Assembly (NCBI GenBank): GCA_043228905.1
Contig: JBHGNT010000001.1
Span: 11,718,001-11,782,000 of the forward strand
DNA length: 64,000 nt
Origin: Azolla caroliniana
Taxonomy: Eukaryota; Plantae; Polypodiophyta
Direction: 5' to 3'
Shown here: piece after piece, positions 1 through 11,444 of the stretch
Layout of the letters: each line of letters starts with the position of its first letter
How positions within the stretch are numbered: position 1 is the stretch's first letter
The notes under the pieces: generated by a model
The model's database searches: none
What the model was told of the DNA's origin: nothing
What the model saw: the letters and a program-made list of their open reading frames with translations, nothing else
Translations under genes and position numbers: made by a program

Positions 1-8
1 TGTCTCAG

Positions 9-3000
9 TGTTGATTTAAAAGCTCTGAAGGATGATGCACTTCTGGAAACTATTAACTATTCTCGAACTACTTTAGTTGCAAGATGCAAATTCTGCGCAA
101 TTGGTCCTCCATATCATCAAGACAATCTTGTAAGGAACCTATACCGTGTTATATTTTTTGCTGAGCTCTCTGTTTATCTCTTGCATGATTATAGTCAAGT
201 TTAGCATACAATACAATGCATGTGAAAAGTTTTGGATTAAGAAGAAAAATCTGTTTTCTACCCTATATGTTCAGATACAAGTGTAAGCAAAAACAATTGT
301 ACTTTGTTGATAGAAGTTTAAGATTTTTTTAATGTTTTCTTTTGCTACCAATATGTGTATTTTAGCATTTTGAGTCCAATGGTTCCAATCTCCTTTTTTC
401 CGCATCCAATGGCCGTCCTCTCATATGGAGCAAATCTCTTCACCATTAGTCACTTCACTTAATTTTCTACCGAATATTACATAGTTTCAAGGGATTAAAT
501 TGGTGTCAACTAGACAAGGATTGATAAGTTGTTAACATCATCATAAAGGTTTATACCATTTGTTTTTGAAACTGGTTATCTTTTAAAGTGGCAGGTTGGA
601 AGAACTTGGACAGCAGGCCCCTTTTTGGTTGTATTTCATTATGGAGGAGCTGTCTTGGTTAATTTTAGGTTACAAGATGATGAAGAACTTTATTTGAACC
701 TTGTTAAGAAGCATTGTTTGGAATCATTGGATCACACTGAAGAATCTAGAAAAGACGGTATGTTGTGTGTCCCTGTAGAGAAATTTGTCCTTATTGCAAT
801 TGTTGCTTCCAGAGAAGGGTCATAATATCACAATTCATGGATGTGTTTGTAAATAGAAATATAGAAAAGCTGAATTCTCACCTTATTGGCAATAGATGTA
901 CTGACTGAAATAGTTACAAACTTGAAAGAGTTTAATAATTCTTTTGGATATCCAACCTGAGTCATGAGCCAAGTATCATGATTTCAATGCATGTAATAGT
1001 CAAAAGAACTCGTTCAGACTATTTATCTTACTTTGGCATGCAGTCACTCTTGTTGTATTTTGGCCATGAAGTTTATCGAACTCGAACAACCTTGACAATA
1101 CGTTTTGACTTCTTTTTTATGATTGAATGATGAGTATGAAATCTTCTAGCACTAGATTTCATTAAAACTCCACAAATATTGTACATTTGCAGATTACAAG
1201 ATAGTTGTGCGACCCAGTCTTGCAACATGGAGTCAAGCAGGTTACGATACCATTTTCCTTCAGAAATTGGACTTGGACAACATTAGAGTTGTGTGCAGTA
1301 TCCTAGCACAAAGTGTGTCATTAGAACATCATCTTAGAAAGGTGAAGTCAAATCTTCGCTATCGTATTGCACAAATTAGACTTGACAATAACATTAAAAG
1401 AAGGGTGTAACCATATTGCAGGCAGATGGTATGGTTAATATTTTCAGTAAGTTAAACAGTGGAATGGAGGAAACTGGTGACTTCACCATGTCTAGAAAGG
1501 AGCTTTTCCAGCTTGTTGCATCTGCCAACACGACACTTGCTGATCTTGTTCTCCGAGTGCGCCTTTTGGACAGGTAATGTCTAAACACATTTAATGGCGC
1601 CATGTGTACTCAGTCATAAAAAAACTAAACTAAAATACATATTTATTCTTTCCACATGCTTTCTTGGATTAAAAGAAAGATGATAAACTCTAGCCTATGT
1701 GAATTGCTAAGTTCAACAATTGTTTTAAAGGTGACCTTAGATATGCAGTTATCATGAGTTGTGTTCATATTGGGAAACATATGAAGCTATACAAGATAAG
1801 TATGTGCAGTATTGACTGGAGAGGTTGCCACTGATACACCGCAGTATCATCATTCCTTTCTAACACATCTTTCAACGAGGTTGCCGCAGAAAGAGAGAAA
1901 GATGTATTAATGTCCTTTAAGAAGCCAAAGTGGCCTAAAAGACCAAACAAGAGATTACATCTTAAGTGTTGTCTCTTCTTTGAGAACAACATATCAAAAT
2001 AAATGTCGTTTATACCTTATACAATGCCCTTGGGTCTTTTCTCACTTCGTTATAAGTCTCTCTATTTGCTTGTCCATGTATATAATCCTTTTTCTAAAAT
2101 AATAAGCTAAAAGAAGTTATACAAATGTCATTTATAGCAATGCCCTTGGGTCTTTTCACTCTTAGCTGTAAGTCTCTCTATTCTCTTGTCCACGTATTTA
2201 TTCCTTTGTCTCGGTTAACAGTTACCAAGTGAATAGGCCTACCAGATATCGTGAACTCTCTTATCTAAGGTATATATTTATTCCTTTGTCTGAGTTAACA
2301 GTTGCCAAGTAAATAGGCCCACCAGAGATCGTGAACTCTCTTATTTCAGGTATAAAGATGAGATTCCATTAGGTAATTGATTGCGCTTGTACGTCCCTTT
2401 CGGTTCAAACATTTCTAAGGATCTTATCTAGGCCATTGTGACAAACTATTGTATATCGAAAATCCATGTGCACTTTGTAGAAAATGCAGGGATCTGAGAG
2501 AAGCTCTCACACAGCAGGGATCTGAGGAAATATCAGTAGATTAGGGAAAAAAAGCTATGATTACAAACATGTCGAATGGTTTACATAACCAATATCTACA
2601 GGTAGCTGTAAACCCAATGGTCACTTAATTATGTCCACACTATTCTAACTATGTTCACACCCAACAGTTACTTGACTAAGTTTACACTATTCTAACTATG
2701 TTCACAGCCACCAGTTACTTAACAAGGTTCAGACTATTCTAACTATATTCACACCAAAGCATTCATAGGATACACATTAAGTGTAACAAATGCCCCTGAA
2801 ATGAATAGTGTGAACTTGAATGGCGTCACTATCCAGGTGTTGGAAGAATACTCAAACTTTTCTTTGGATAGAGCCTTTGTAAAATGTCTGCTACATTTTT
2901 CATGAGTTGGTACATAGACCGAGTTTATCACTTTAGTAACTGCTCCCTCACATAATGACAGTGGACCAACGATATATAGCCACACTGAAAATAGAAAAAT

Positions 3001-3290
3001 TCAGATCTGCAGATAAATTTTCAGAGGCAATATTTGTTGTACATGCATTGTCAAAGCCTACAAGATGTTTTTGCTGTACACGGGCAAAATTTGACCTACT
3101 CTGCAGAAAAAAAAGACATGCTCTGTAGAAAAACGTGACCTGCTTTGCTCTGATACCAGTTTGAAGGGCAGCACGAGGATTAGGGTTTTAGGTCAACAAG
3201 AGAGAGAGTCTGAGTGAGAGACAAAGGGAGAGAGAGAGAGATGCACACTATCTTGGGTACAAAGAGTGTACCACTTTTTTTGGTTTTTAG

Positions 3291-3328
<38 letters not shown>

Positions 3329-6300
3329 GTATATACAAGTTAAAATGTGCTACGAGTGCGTTCACACTCGTGCACTAATAAAAGGCATGATGGCCCTTTA
3401 TTCCCAACAACCTCCCACCTAAAGGCAATGTGCCGTGAGGAGAAAAAGAAGAAGAAAGTCAGCTAAGTCCAAGTATGTACAAAACTGAACTACATACATT
3501 TATCCAACTCCCATCATTTGTCGGCAATGAGTCAATCACTCAGCTGGAAGACCCTTCGTGAGAATATCTGTAGGATTATCATTTGTATGTACTTTGACAA
3601 GCTCAAATGTTCTTGTTATCAAGTACATATTTGATGAAGTGATACTTCACCTGTATGTGCTTCGTCTTTGCATGAAAGACGGGATTCCGAGCTAGCATGA
3701 TAGCAGTCTGATTGTCACAATGAAGAATAGGTAACTTTGTAATGCCAATATCTCTCACTAGATATGAAAGCCATAAAGCCTCTATGCATGCCTCAGTGGC
3801 AGCAACATACTCTGCCTCTGTAGTAGACAATGCAACACACTTATGTAGTCTGGAGATCCAAGAAACCGATCCTCCTGTGAAAGTAAACACATACCCAGAA
3901 GTAGACTTTCTGCAGTTCGCGTGACCAGCATAGTCCGCATCCATAAAACCAACAACAGATGCCTTTGCTTTCCAAAGCAAATGCACACGTCCTTTGTGCC
4001 TTTAAGGTATCTCATAATGCCTTTCACTGCTTCCCAATGTTTTTTGCCGGGATTTGCCATGTACCTACTAGCCACTCCCACTGCAAAAGCAACATCAGGG
4101 CGTGTAGCAACCATCGCATATATCAAACTGCCATTTCAACCTTCTCATCATTAGATGTAGGGCTGTCTTCTGCACCGAGTTTCAAATATGGAGGCAATGG
4201 AACCCCAATTGTTTCCCCCCCCTCCATATTGAAATGCTGCAAAACCTTAGAGATATAGTTTTGCTGAGATAGAAAGAGTACCCCTTTCGACCGTTCGGAG
4301 TATTCACATGCCAAGGATGTGATTTGCATCACCAAGATCCTTCATATCAAGGTTGCCATGAAGGCTTTGCTTCAATGAATCCAAGGCATGAACATCCTTG
4401 CCAGCAATCAACATATCATCAACATACAAAACCAAGATAATCAGGCTGCCATCTCCTGCCTTCTTGGTGTACAAGCAGTGGTCCACTTGACTTCTACGAA
4501 AACCTTGAGACTGCATAAATGTATCAAATTTATGATACCATTCTCTTGGTGCTTGTTTCAACCCATACAAACGCCTTTTGAGCTTACAAACCATCTTCTC
4601 TTTGCCTTTAACCACAACCTTCAGGCTGCTGCATATATATGTCTTCATGCAGATCGCCATGTAAAAAGGCAGTCTTCACATCCATCTGTATGAGCTCCAT
4701 ATCTTCAGCTGCAACTAGGTCCAAAATGGTTCCTAATGTAGTCATCTTAACTACAGGAGAGAAGATCTCATCAAAATCAACTCCATATTCTTGCTTGTAT
4801 CCTTTTGCAACAAATCTTGCTTTGTACTTTGGCGAGGAATCAGAAATGACCTTCATTTTATAAACCCATTTGCATGGAAGTGTTTTCTGCCCTTTAGGCA
4901 ATTGCACCAAATCCCAAGTGTCATTTTTCTCAAGAGATTCCATCTCTGACAACATGGCTTTTATACCATTTCTTATTGTCCTGTCTGTCCATTGCTTCCT
5001 TGAAGCTAGACGGTTCGCCACAATCAGTCACCATGACATTATCAGCCACACTGTTTGCATCAGGAACAAATATGTCAGGCTGTCTAGTAACTCTAGACGA
5101 TCTCCTAACCCAATGCACATTGTTTGGTAGTTGTTGAGCCTGCAAATCATCATTTTCAACTTGCTGTCCAGGCATTTCAGCCTGCAAATCAGCATTAACA
5201 GCTTGCTGTTTTAGCCGTTCCTGCACATTTGGTAGGTCATCATTATGGGCAAAGGCTGGCTGATCATTTCCAACCTCATTTTCTGCATTTGCAGGTAAGT
5301 TTACAGCAGGTGTTTGCTGCTGTACAGCGGGCACATTTTCCTGTCTAAAAGGTATTTCTTCTTGGAATACAACACTACGTACTTCCTCTGTCATTTCGGG
5401 TTGTTTATGCATGCGATTTTTCTGGAAGATAACGCCATTGCTGCGTACTATTTTTCTTTTCTCGGGATCCCACAATCTATATCCCATTTTCCCTCGTCAC
5501 CGTATCCTAGGAAAATACATTTGCAGGACTTTGGCTCAAGTTTGTTGCGTTCTTCTTTACGAATGTGCACAAAAGCCTCACAGCCAAACACTCTCAAGTG
5601 AGCATATGAAGGTGGCTTGCCCAACCACGCTTCTTGGGATATTCCCCCTCCCAAAGACCTGTTAGGTGACCGATTAATCAAGTGAACAGCTGGATAACAG
5701 CCTCTGCCCAAAAACCATGGGGTAATGCAACATGAGACAGCATAATACGGACCTTATCTTGAATAGCCCGATTCATACGCTCTGCAACTCCGTTTTGGGG
5801 TGGATTATAAGGGGTAGTGAGTTCCCTCTTTATCCCTTTGCTGTCACACAATGCTTGAAAAACCTTGGACACATATTCCACACCATTGTCAGAGCGAAGA
5901 CACTTAAGTGTCTTATCAATTTGATTCTCAATTAATGCCAAGAATGTTCAAAACTTGTCGAGCACTTTCATGCTTGCTACGAATAGGGTAAACCCATACC
6001 TTCCGTGTAGCATCATCGACAAAAGTTACTTAAGTATTTCTTTCCCCTTGTGAGAAAAGCTGTTAATAGCAGCAGCGGAAGAGTTAGAACAAAATAGACA
6101 CAGCCAAGCTGTGAGGAGGCTGTTAGACAGCAGTAGAAAAAATGGTTGCAAAGAGTTGAGACACAGCCAAATAGTTGTGCTTGTTTCTAAGTAGCAGCAA
6201 AAAAATTATCTTCTTACAAAAGAGGCTGGTATAAGCCTATTTATACAAAATTGGGAATGGTTGTTTGGTAGTTAAGAGACTCTTGTACTACCAAACAAGT

Positions 6301-9300
6301 ACAATAAAATAGGAATAAAAAGGGAATATCTTGGAAAAAGTGGAAGAGACAAAAGGCATTTAAAGCATTGCAGATTCTAGAGAGAGAAGAATCTGGGAAG
6401 AGAGAATGTAGTATAGAGATAATAAAGTTGAAAGAGAGTGCAGGTTTGGAGCTGCCACCCTCCAACACCCCCTACTGATATCCTTGGCATCTAACATACA
6501 TCTGAATGTACTAACTCAAGCGGGGAAGATTTCAACGTAAGAGACTTTTTATGAGATGTTTGTACATGTTTACCATAAATGCAATGATCACAATGTTCAA
6601 AATCAGCATAACGAAGACATGGCAAGTAACCCAAACGAGAAAGTACTCTCATACCAGTTTCACTCATGTGTCCCAACCGGCCATGCCGTACATGCTGAAG
6701 TTGTGAAAGCAGAACCATGCTGAAACTGTAATTGCATAGTGCCAATACCTGCAATTTCACATGCATAGTTGTCCCCAAGATGGACAACACCATGTCGACC
6801 CCCTGTGTAATCTGAAAACCACCCATAATGAGGGGTGACGTGAAAAGAAGCACCGGAATCAAGTATCCAAGTGTGCATGTCACCATCTGTATCTGCAAGT
6901 AAAGCGTGTTCTCTATAGCATGAAGAGACAAAGAGTACATCATTTCCACTATCACTGTCATGGGTGACTACATTCACCTCTTCAATTTTACCATTGCCTT
7001 TCCTCGGTTGAATGTCTCTCTTCTCTTCTATGCAATCATCTATCTTATTGCCCTTTCCTTTCTCTTTCTTCCATTTGAAACAATCATGTTTAAAGTGGCC
7101 CTTTTTGTCACACTGATGGCATTCTACATCTTTACCACGTGATTTACTGCGGCCATAACTATCAAATTTGCCTCTCTGTTGTGACCTACCCCTATTATGC
7201 AACGCACTAGAGGACTTATTGGATGCATTGTTTTGCCGACTCATCTCTTCCATGAGTAAAGAACTCTCTACATTGGCATAAAGAAGCATCGCATTTGACT
7301 TACTCATAGCAGTCTTGAAAGTATCCTAACTTTTTGGCAAGGTGCAAAGTTAAAACGTGGCCTTAAACTCATCGTCAATTATGAATTTCAAGGCAACTAG
7401 CTGGCTGAAAATGGAATTGAACTCACTCAGGTGAGTTGACATGGGTGTGCCCTCTATGATGCGCAAATCCATAAGTTTCTTAAGCCAATAAACTTTGCTA
7501 GTTGCCGTCTTCTGGGCATACAATTCCTCTAGTCTAGTCCATATAGAATATTGGCATTAGAAATTGACAACTCAATAGTCAAGCGTGCAAGCTCATTCAA
7601 CTCTTGCCAATAATCTTGGTCTATATTTGTAGGCTTTACCCCTTTGACTTTAATAGGCTTTGCATGCTTCTTTTGCAGCAGGATGTTGTAGCAGTGCTTT
7701 TTCTATACCGCAAAGTTATGTGCACCCTCAAGTTTCTTGATGTGCATAAGATGGCTATTGTCACTGCTGCCAATCATAATTTCTTAGCCCATAAGGAGGA
7801 CCAAAACTAAGGTACAAACAAGTACCAACCAACGATATATAGCCAAATTGAAAACAGAAAATTTTAGTTTTGCAGATAAATTTTCAGAGGCAATCTTTGT
7901 TGTACATGCATTGTCAAAGCCTACAAGATGTTTCTGCTGTACACGGGCAAAATGTGACTTGCTCTGCAGAAAAGAGACTTGCTCTGCAAAAAACGTGACG
8001 TGCTCTAACTTGCTCCACAAAAAAACATTACTTGCTTTGCGGAAAAAAAATGTGACTTGCTCTAACCTGCTTTGCTTTGATACCAGTTTGAAGGGCAACA
8101 CAAGGATTAGGGTTTTAGGTCAACTGGAGAGAGGAGTCTGAGTGAGAGACAAAGGGAGAGAGAGAGAGAGAGAGAGATGCACACTGTCTTGGGTACAAAG
8201 AGTGTACCACTGTTTTTGGTTTTTAGATATATATATGTATATACAAGTCAAAATGTGTTACGAGTGCGCCCACACTCGTGCACTAATAAAAGGCACGATG
8301 GCCCTTTATTCCCAACATGGTTCTCCTTTGTCTTGGTATGAGAATTTGAAACCTGCTCTACATGAGTGGAGATTGGCTTGCAGTCTTCAAACATGAATCA
8401 TTGTAGGAGCTTCTCGAAGTACTTGTAGTGACTCAAAAAAATGTACCCCTCAACAGTAATGAATAGAATGCTGATGTAGTAATGGAGATGACCAAGTTCT
8501 GTAATTCAAATGTCGTACTAAGGTCAGCTTTGAAATCTGTATTTTCTTGCTCTTTAGGTCACAACGATTAGTAATTTTTCTTCATCCTTTCAGGCATAGA
8601 ATATGAGCATAAATCTTTGCATTCCATGCTTGAGGTGCTTGTTTCAAGCCATGCAAAGCTTTAAGTAACTCGCAAAATTTAGTTTATGCACCGTTAATGG
8701 AAAAACCCAGAGGTTGAGCTACATAAACCTCTCCTTCTAAATCTCCATTTAAGAAGAAAACTTTAATGTCCAATTGGTAAACCTTCCATCCTTTGCGGAT
8801 GCAGCAACTGTGGCTCTAATTATAGTCATCCTTGAAGTGGAGGCGAATGTTTCTTTATAGTCTATCCCCTCTTTTTGGGAACCGCTATCAAAATACCAAG
8901 CATACTTAGACTCACTTACCGATAAACATGTGTCATATTTGGGGCATTGTGTATATAGAGAAAGCTCACTCATGTTGAACAATGTGTGCTTCTTCTTTCT
9001 TACCAATAGAGGTGGTAATACTAAGACCTGCTTGTTTTTTCTTCTCCCTAGCTTTCCTCTTTCAACATTCACTGATGTCATGTCTTGGTATACGATAGTA
9101 ACTGCACCTTTTCTTCTTCTCATCATGGGAAGTCATGGCATTATTGTGTTAATAAGGACAATTATTTTGTTTTCATCCTTATTGGCCTTTGAACTTGAAA
9201 GAGGTAACAAAAGCTTGATCACCTCTATTAAGAACATCCCAATGTGCTTGAGATTGAGATTCCTATAAGAGAAGGGAGATTACCTCATCAAAGCTGAAAG

Positions 9301-9494
9301 TCTCTTTACTTCTTGTAAAAAGGCAAAGCCTTCCCATGAATCTGGAAGAGCAGCAAGAACTTTAGAAACTATCTGCTTGTCTGAAATCATTTCATTAATG
9401 TTGAGTAGTTGTTCCTTGAAGTCTTTGATCTTTGTCAAGAATGCATCTAGGGAATCACCCTCTTGCATCTGTGTCTTCAAGTTGTTGCTTGAGC

Positions 9495-9554
<60 letters not shown>

Positions 9555-10106
9555 TCGGTTGGTAAGGTTGCCCAATGGAGGTAGGAGGTCATGGGTTTAA
9601 CCCCTACATTCCAGTGGCATCTAGTAATTAAGAGATATGTATGGAGTAATAGAGATGTGATGAAATTGGGTTTCGAACCCAAGACAGTGTTTCGAACCCA
9701 AGACATAGTGCTAGTAACAATTTACCACTAGGGTAAGCTAATTAAGAGAGAGAAAGAGAGATTTCAAATGCAGATCGGAACCTGCGTGGAGAGATTCTAG
9801 GTATGCTTGTATATGGGAGTATCTGCAAGAGGAGTTTGAAATGTTTGATCGATTTGAAAACATGAACTTCAAGTTGAAAACCATCCAGGTAAACCTGCAT
9901 TATCGTCAGTGACCATTCATCTTAAGGAAACCTACACTGTTGTACTAACTCTGGCTTTTCTTTTGCAGAAGAGTGTCGAATTTTTTCTTGAGGTTTTACA
10001 GAATAGGAAGAGTGATTTTATGGAGTGGTTGATAATTATTCTAATATCTTGTGAACTCTCTGTAAGCTTATATGCAATATTAAGTGAAAGCCTCATCAGA
10101 GCATGA
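9..10106 (+). CDS. RRL: RMD1/RMND1 (DUF155) family protein, RETARDED ROOT GROWTH-like; 5'-partial, six exons in window
   Basis: GT-AG exons at 9-129, 595-757, 1193-1341, 1422-1573, 9774-9888 and 9969-10106, with consistent phases. The spliced peptide contains DUF155 motifs: VVFHYGGAVLVN, LAQSVSLEHH, TGDFTMSRKELFQLV, RSEPAWRDSRYACIWEYLQEEFE and LQNRKSDFMEWLIIILI. The start codon lies upstream of the window. Confidence 0.9.
2020..2355. repeat. two adjacent short tandem duplications in the intron
   Basis: AATGCCCTTGGGTCTTTT...TAAGTCTCTCTATT occurs twice (~2023, ~2139). TATTTATTCCTTTGTCT...ATCGTGAACTCTCTTAT occurs twice (~2195, ~2275). Confidence 0.75.
2480..2960 (-). mobile_element. 3' end (RNase H tail, PPT, probable 3' LTR) of an old Copia retrotransposon
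   Basis: The minus strand reads HYVREQ..VYVPTHE..FTKALSKEKFE, followed by a purine tract and TGTTACAC at ~2788. Tandem CTATTCTAACTATGTTCAC repeats lie at 2630-2755. The left boundary is uncertain. Confidence 0.6.
2960..3161 (-). mobile_element. second PBS plus 5' leader of the same Copia family, directly after the 3' LTR
   Basis: CTCTGATACCA at 3148-3158. Bases 2965-3158 are homologous to the leader at ~7828-8085. Confidence 0.85.
3162..8317 (-). mobile_element. Ty1/Copia LTR retrotransposon, degenerate (frameshifted gag-PR-INT-RT-RH), intronic
   Basis: LTRs at 8089-8317 and 3162-3409 (TG..CA), tRNA-Met PBS at ~8075-8085, PPT at 3410-3425. Fragments include a zinc knuckle CHQCDKKGHFKHDC, WILDSGAS, LRSDNG, QMDVKTAFL, LYVDDML and ALSTTEAEY. 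Confidence 0.93.
6049..6467. mobile_element. solo LTR inserted in the integrase of the Copia element
   Basis: TG...CA ends. It splits the integrase motif HSDVC..ISVGG|KKYLVTFVDD. Imperfect 5-bp TSD CCCCT (6044-6048) / CCCCC (6468-6472). Confidence 0.8.
8318..9490 (-). mobile_element. internally deleted old Copia (gag, PR, RT fragments), host of the 3162-8317 insertion
   Basis: Fragments MQEGDSLDAFLTKIKDFKEQL (gag), WYFDSGS fused to QKEGIDYKETFA (PR/RT deletion junction), KALHGLKQAPQAW and FEDCKPIST. Confidence 0.75.
9496..9552. repeat. (GA)n microsatellite
   Basis: Pure GA run of about 57 bp. Confidence 0.95.
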
Positions 10107-11444
10107 AGTGCAAAAGTACATGTAGAGTGGGTTCTCTTCTTTTTTGTACAGTTACTTTGCTTGCATTCCAGAGTCTCTCTACAGATCAGTGTCTGTTTCT
10201 GTCAGACAATTGGAAACAGATGTAATAAAAATTGACATTGAGTTTCTTACCATCTCTATTTTCATAGCTTCTTCCATGGCTAAATTATCTTGAATGGAAA
10301 AGGACCCCACTTAATGTGCTATGAGTATTGTCTGCCTCTGCCCACTTGACAATTTATATACTGTAGTGTCAAGTAGTAGATCTCCTGTTGTACACATTTA
10401 CATGGTTCATGCTTGGTGCATCAGTTCACTGGTTCAATTCCACATCCTAGAGCAAGGCTTTTGCAGGTAGTGGAAAAGTCAACGAGTCTAGTCAAGAAAC
10501 CAAACATGACAATCATACAATCATTTGAAAACTCAGAGGAAGTGTTGTTGACAAGCCACCATGGCAAACATTGGCTCATAGACCATGTTCAGAACCACTT
10601 AATGTACTCTCAAATCAATCAATATGCTATATTTAATTTGAGCACATACTTGCTATGCTGAGATGTCTTTTCTGTACTAGATTGACGGTTAAATATATAT
10701 ATACATGACATCGTGTTAGTAATTGGGGAATGGTTGATTATTCAACTGGTTTATTGTTGGAACTAAACTTCAACCAAGTTTTTGACCGTCAATAGTTTTC
10801 TGTGTAACTTCACTTGACAACCTTATGTTGAAGAAGACTTCCAGCTAACTTCTAAAACACCAAATTCAGAATAACATCGGACACTGTTAGGTCAGAATAA
10901 CATCAGGCACATGCTTGTTGCAAGTTTAATTTTGTATACCCCCATTTCAACAAAATTGATAAAAACCGTAACTTTATAACCTTTTCAACACTCTTAGGTT
11001 CAGACATTCCTAATTCCACCTACAACATAGCTCAGGCCAAATATTATTTGAATAAGGAGGTGAGATATATCATTATACAGCATGTTAATATATATATGTA
11101 TAGCTATCCACAGATGCTCTTTTTGTAATACAAATTATAATACAGTTCTGTAGTTGCCTTTACATATGAAAGATAGTTACAACATGGTCAGTGCCACTAT
11201 AATGGGAACTATGCTTCATGATAGCATGAAAGTTATAAATCTTCGTATTAAGTCCAACTTTGTATCATGCCCTTCTGGATGGCATCATACTTTCTTTCAC
11301 TCTCCAAGCATTGCTTCAAACTTCAGAAAATAGCATATTGGTTTCATTGAAGTTGGATAAACAATCAGAAGAAGTCAATTATTGTTAGTGAATACTTGAT
11401 TCTTACTGATATTGCCGATTTTCCCCACATTTGTTATTGTGCCT

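Noticed and set aside
1740-2000. possible extra exon in the large RMD1 intron
   Set aside because: It has stops in the plausible frames, and exons 1573 and 9774 already join in phase without a gap in the conserved protein.
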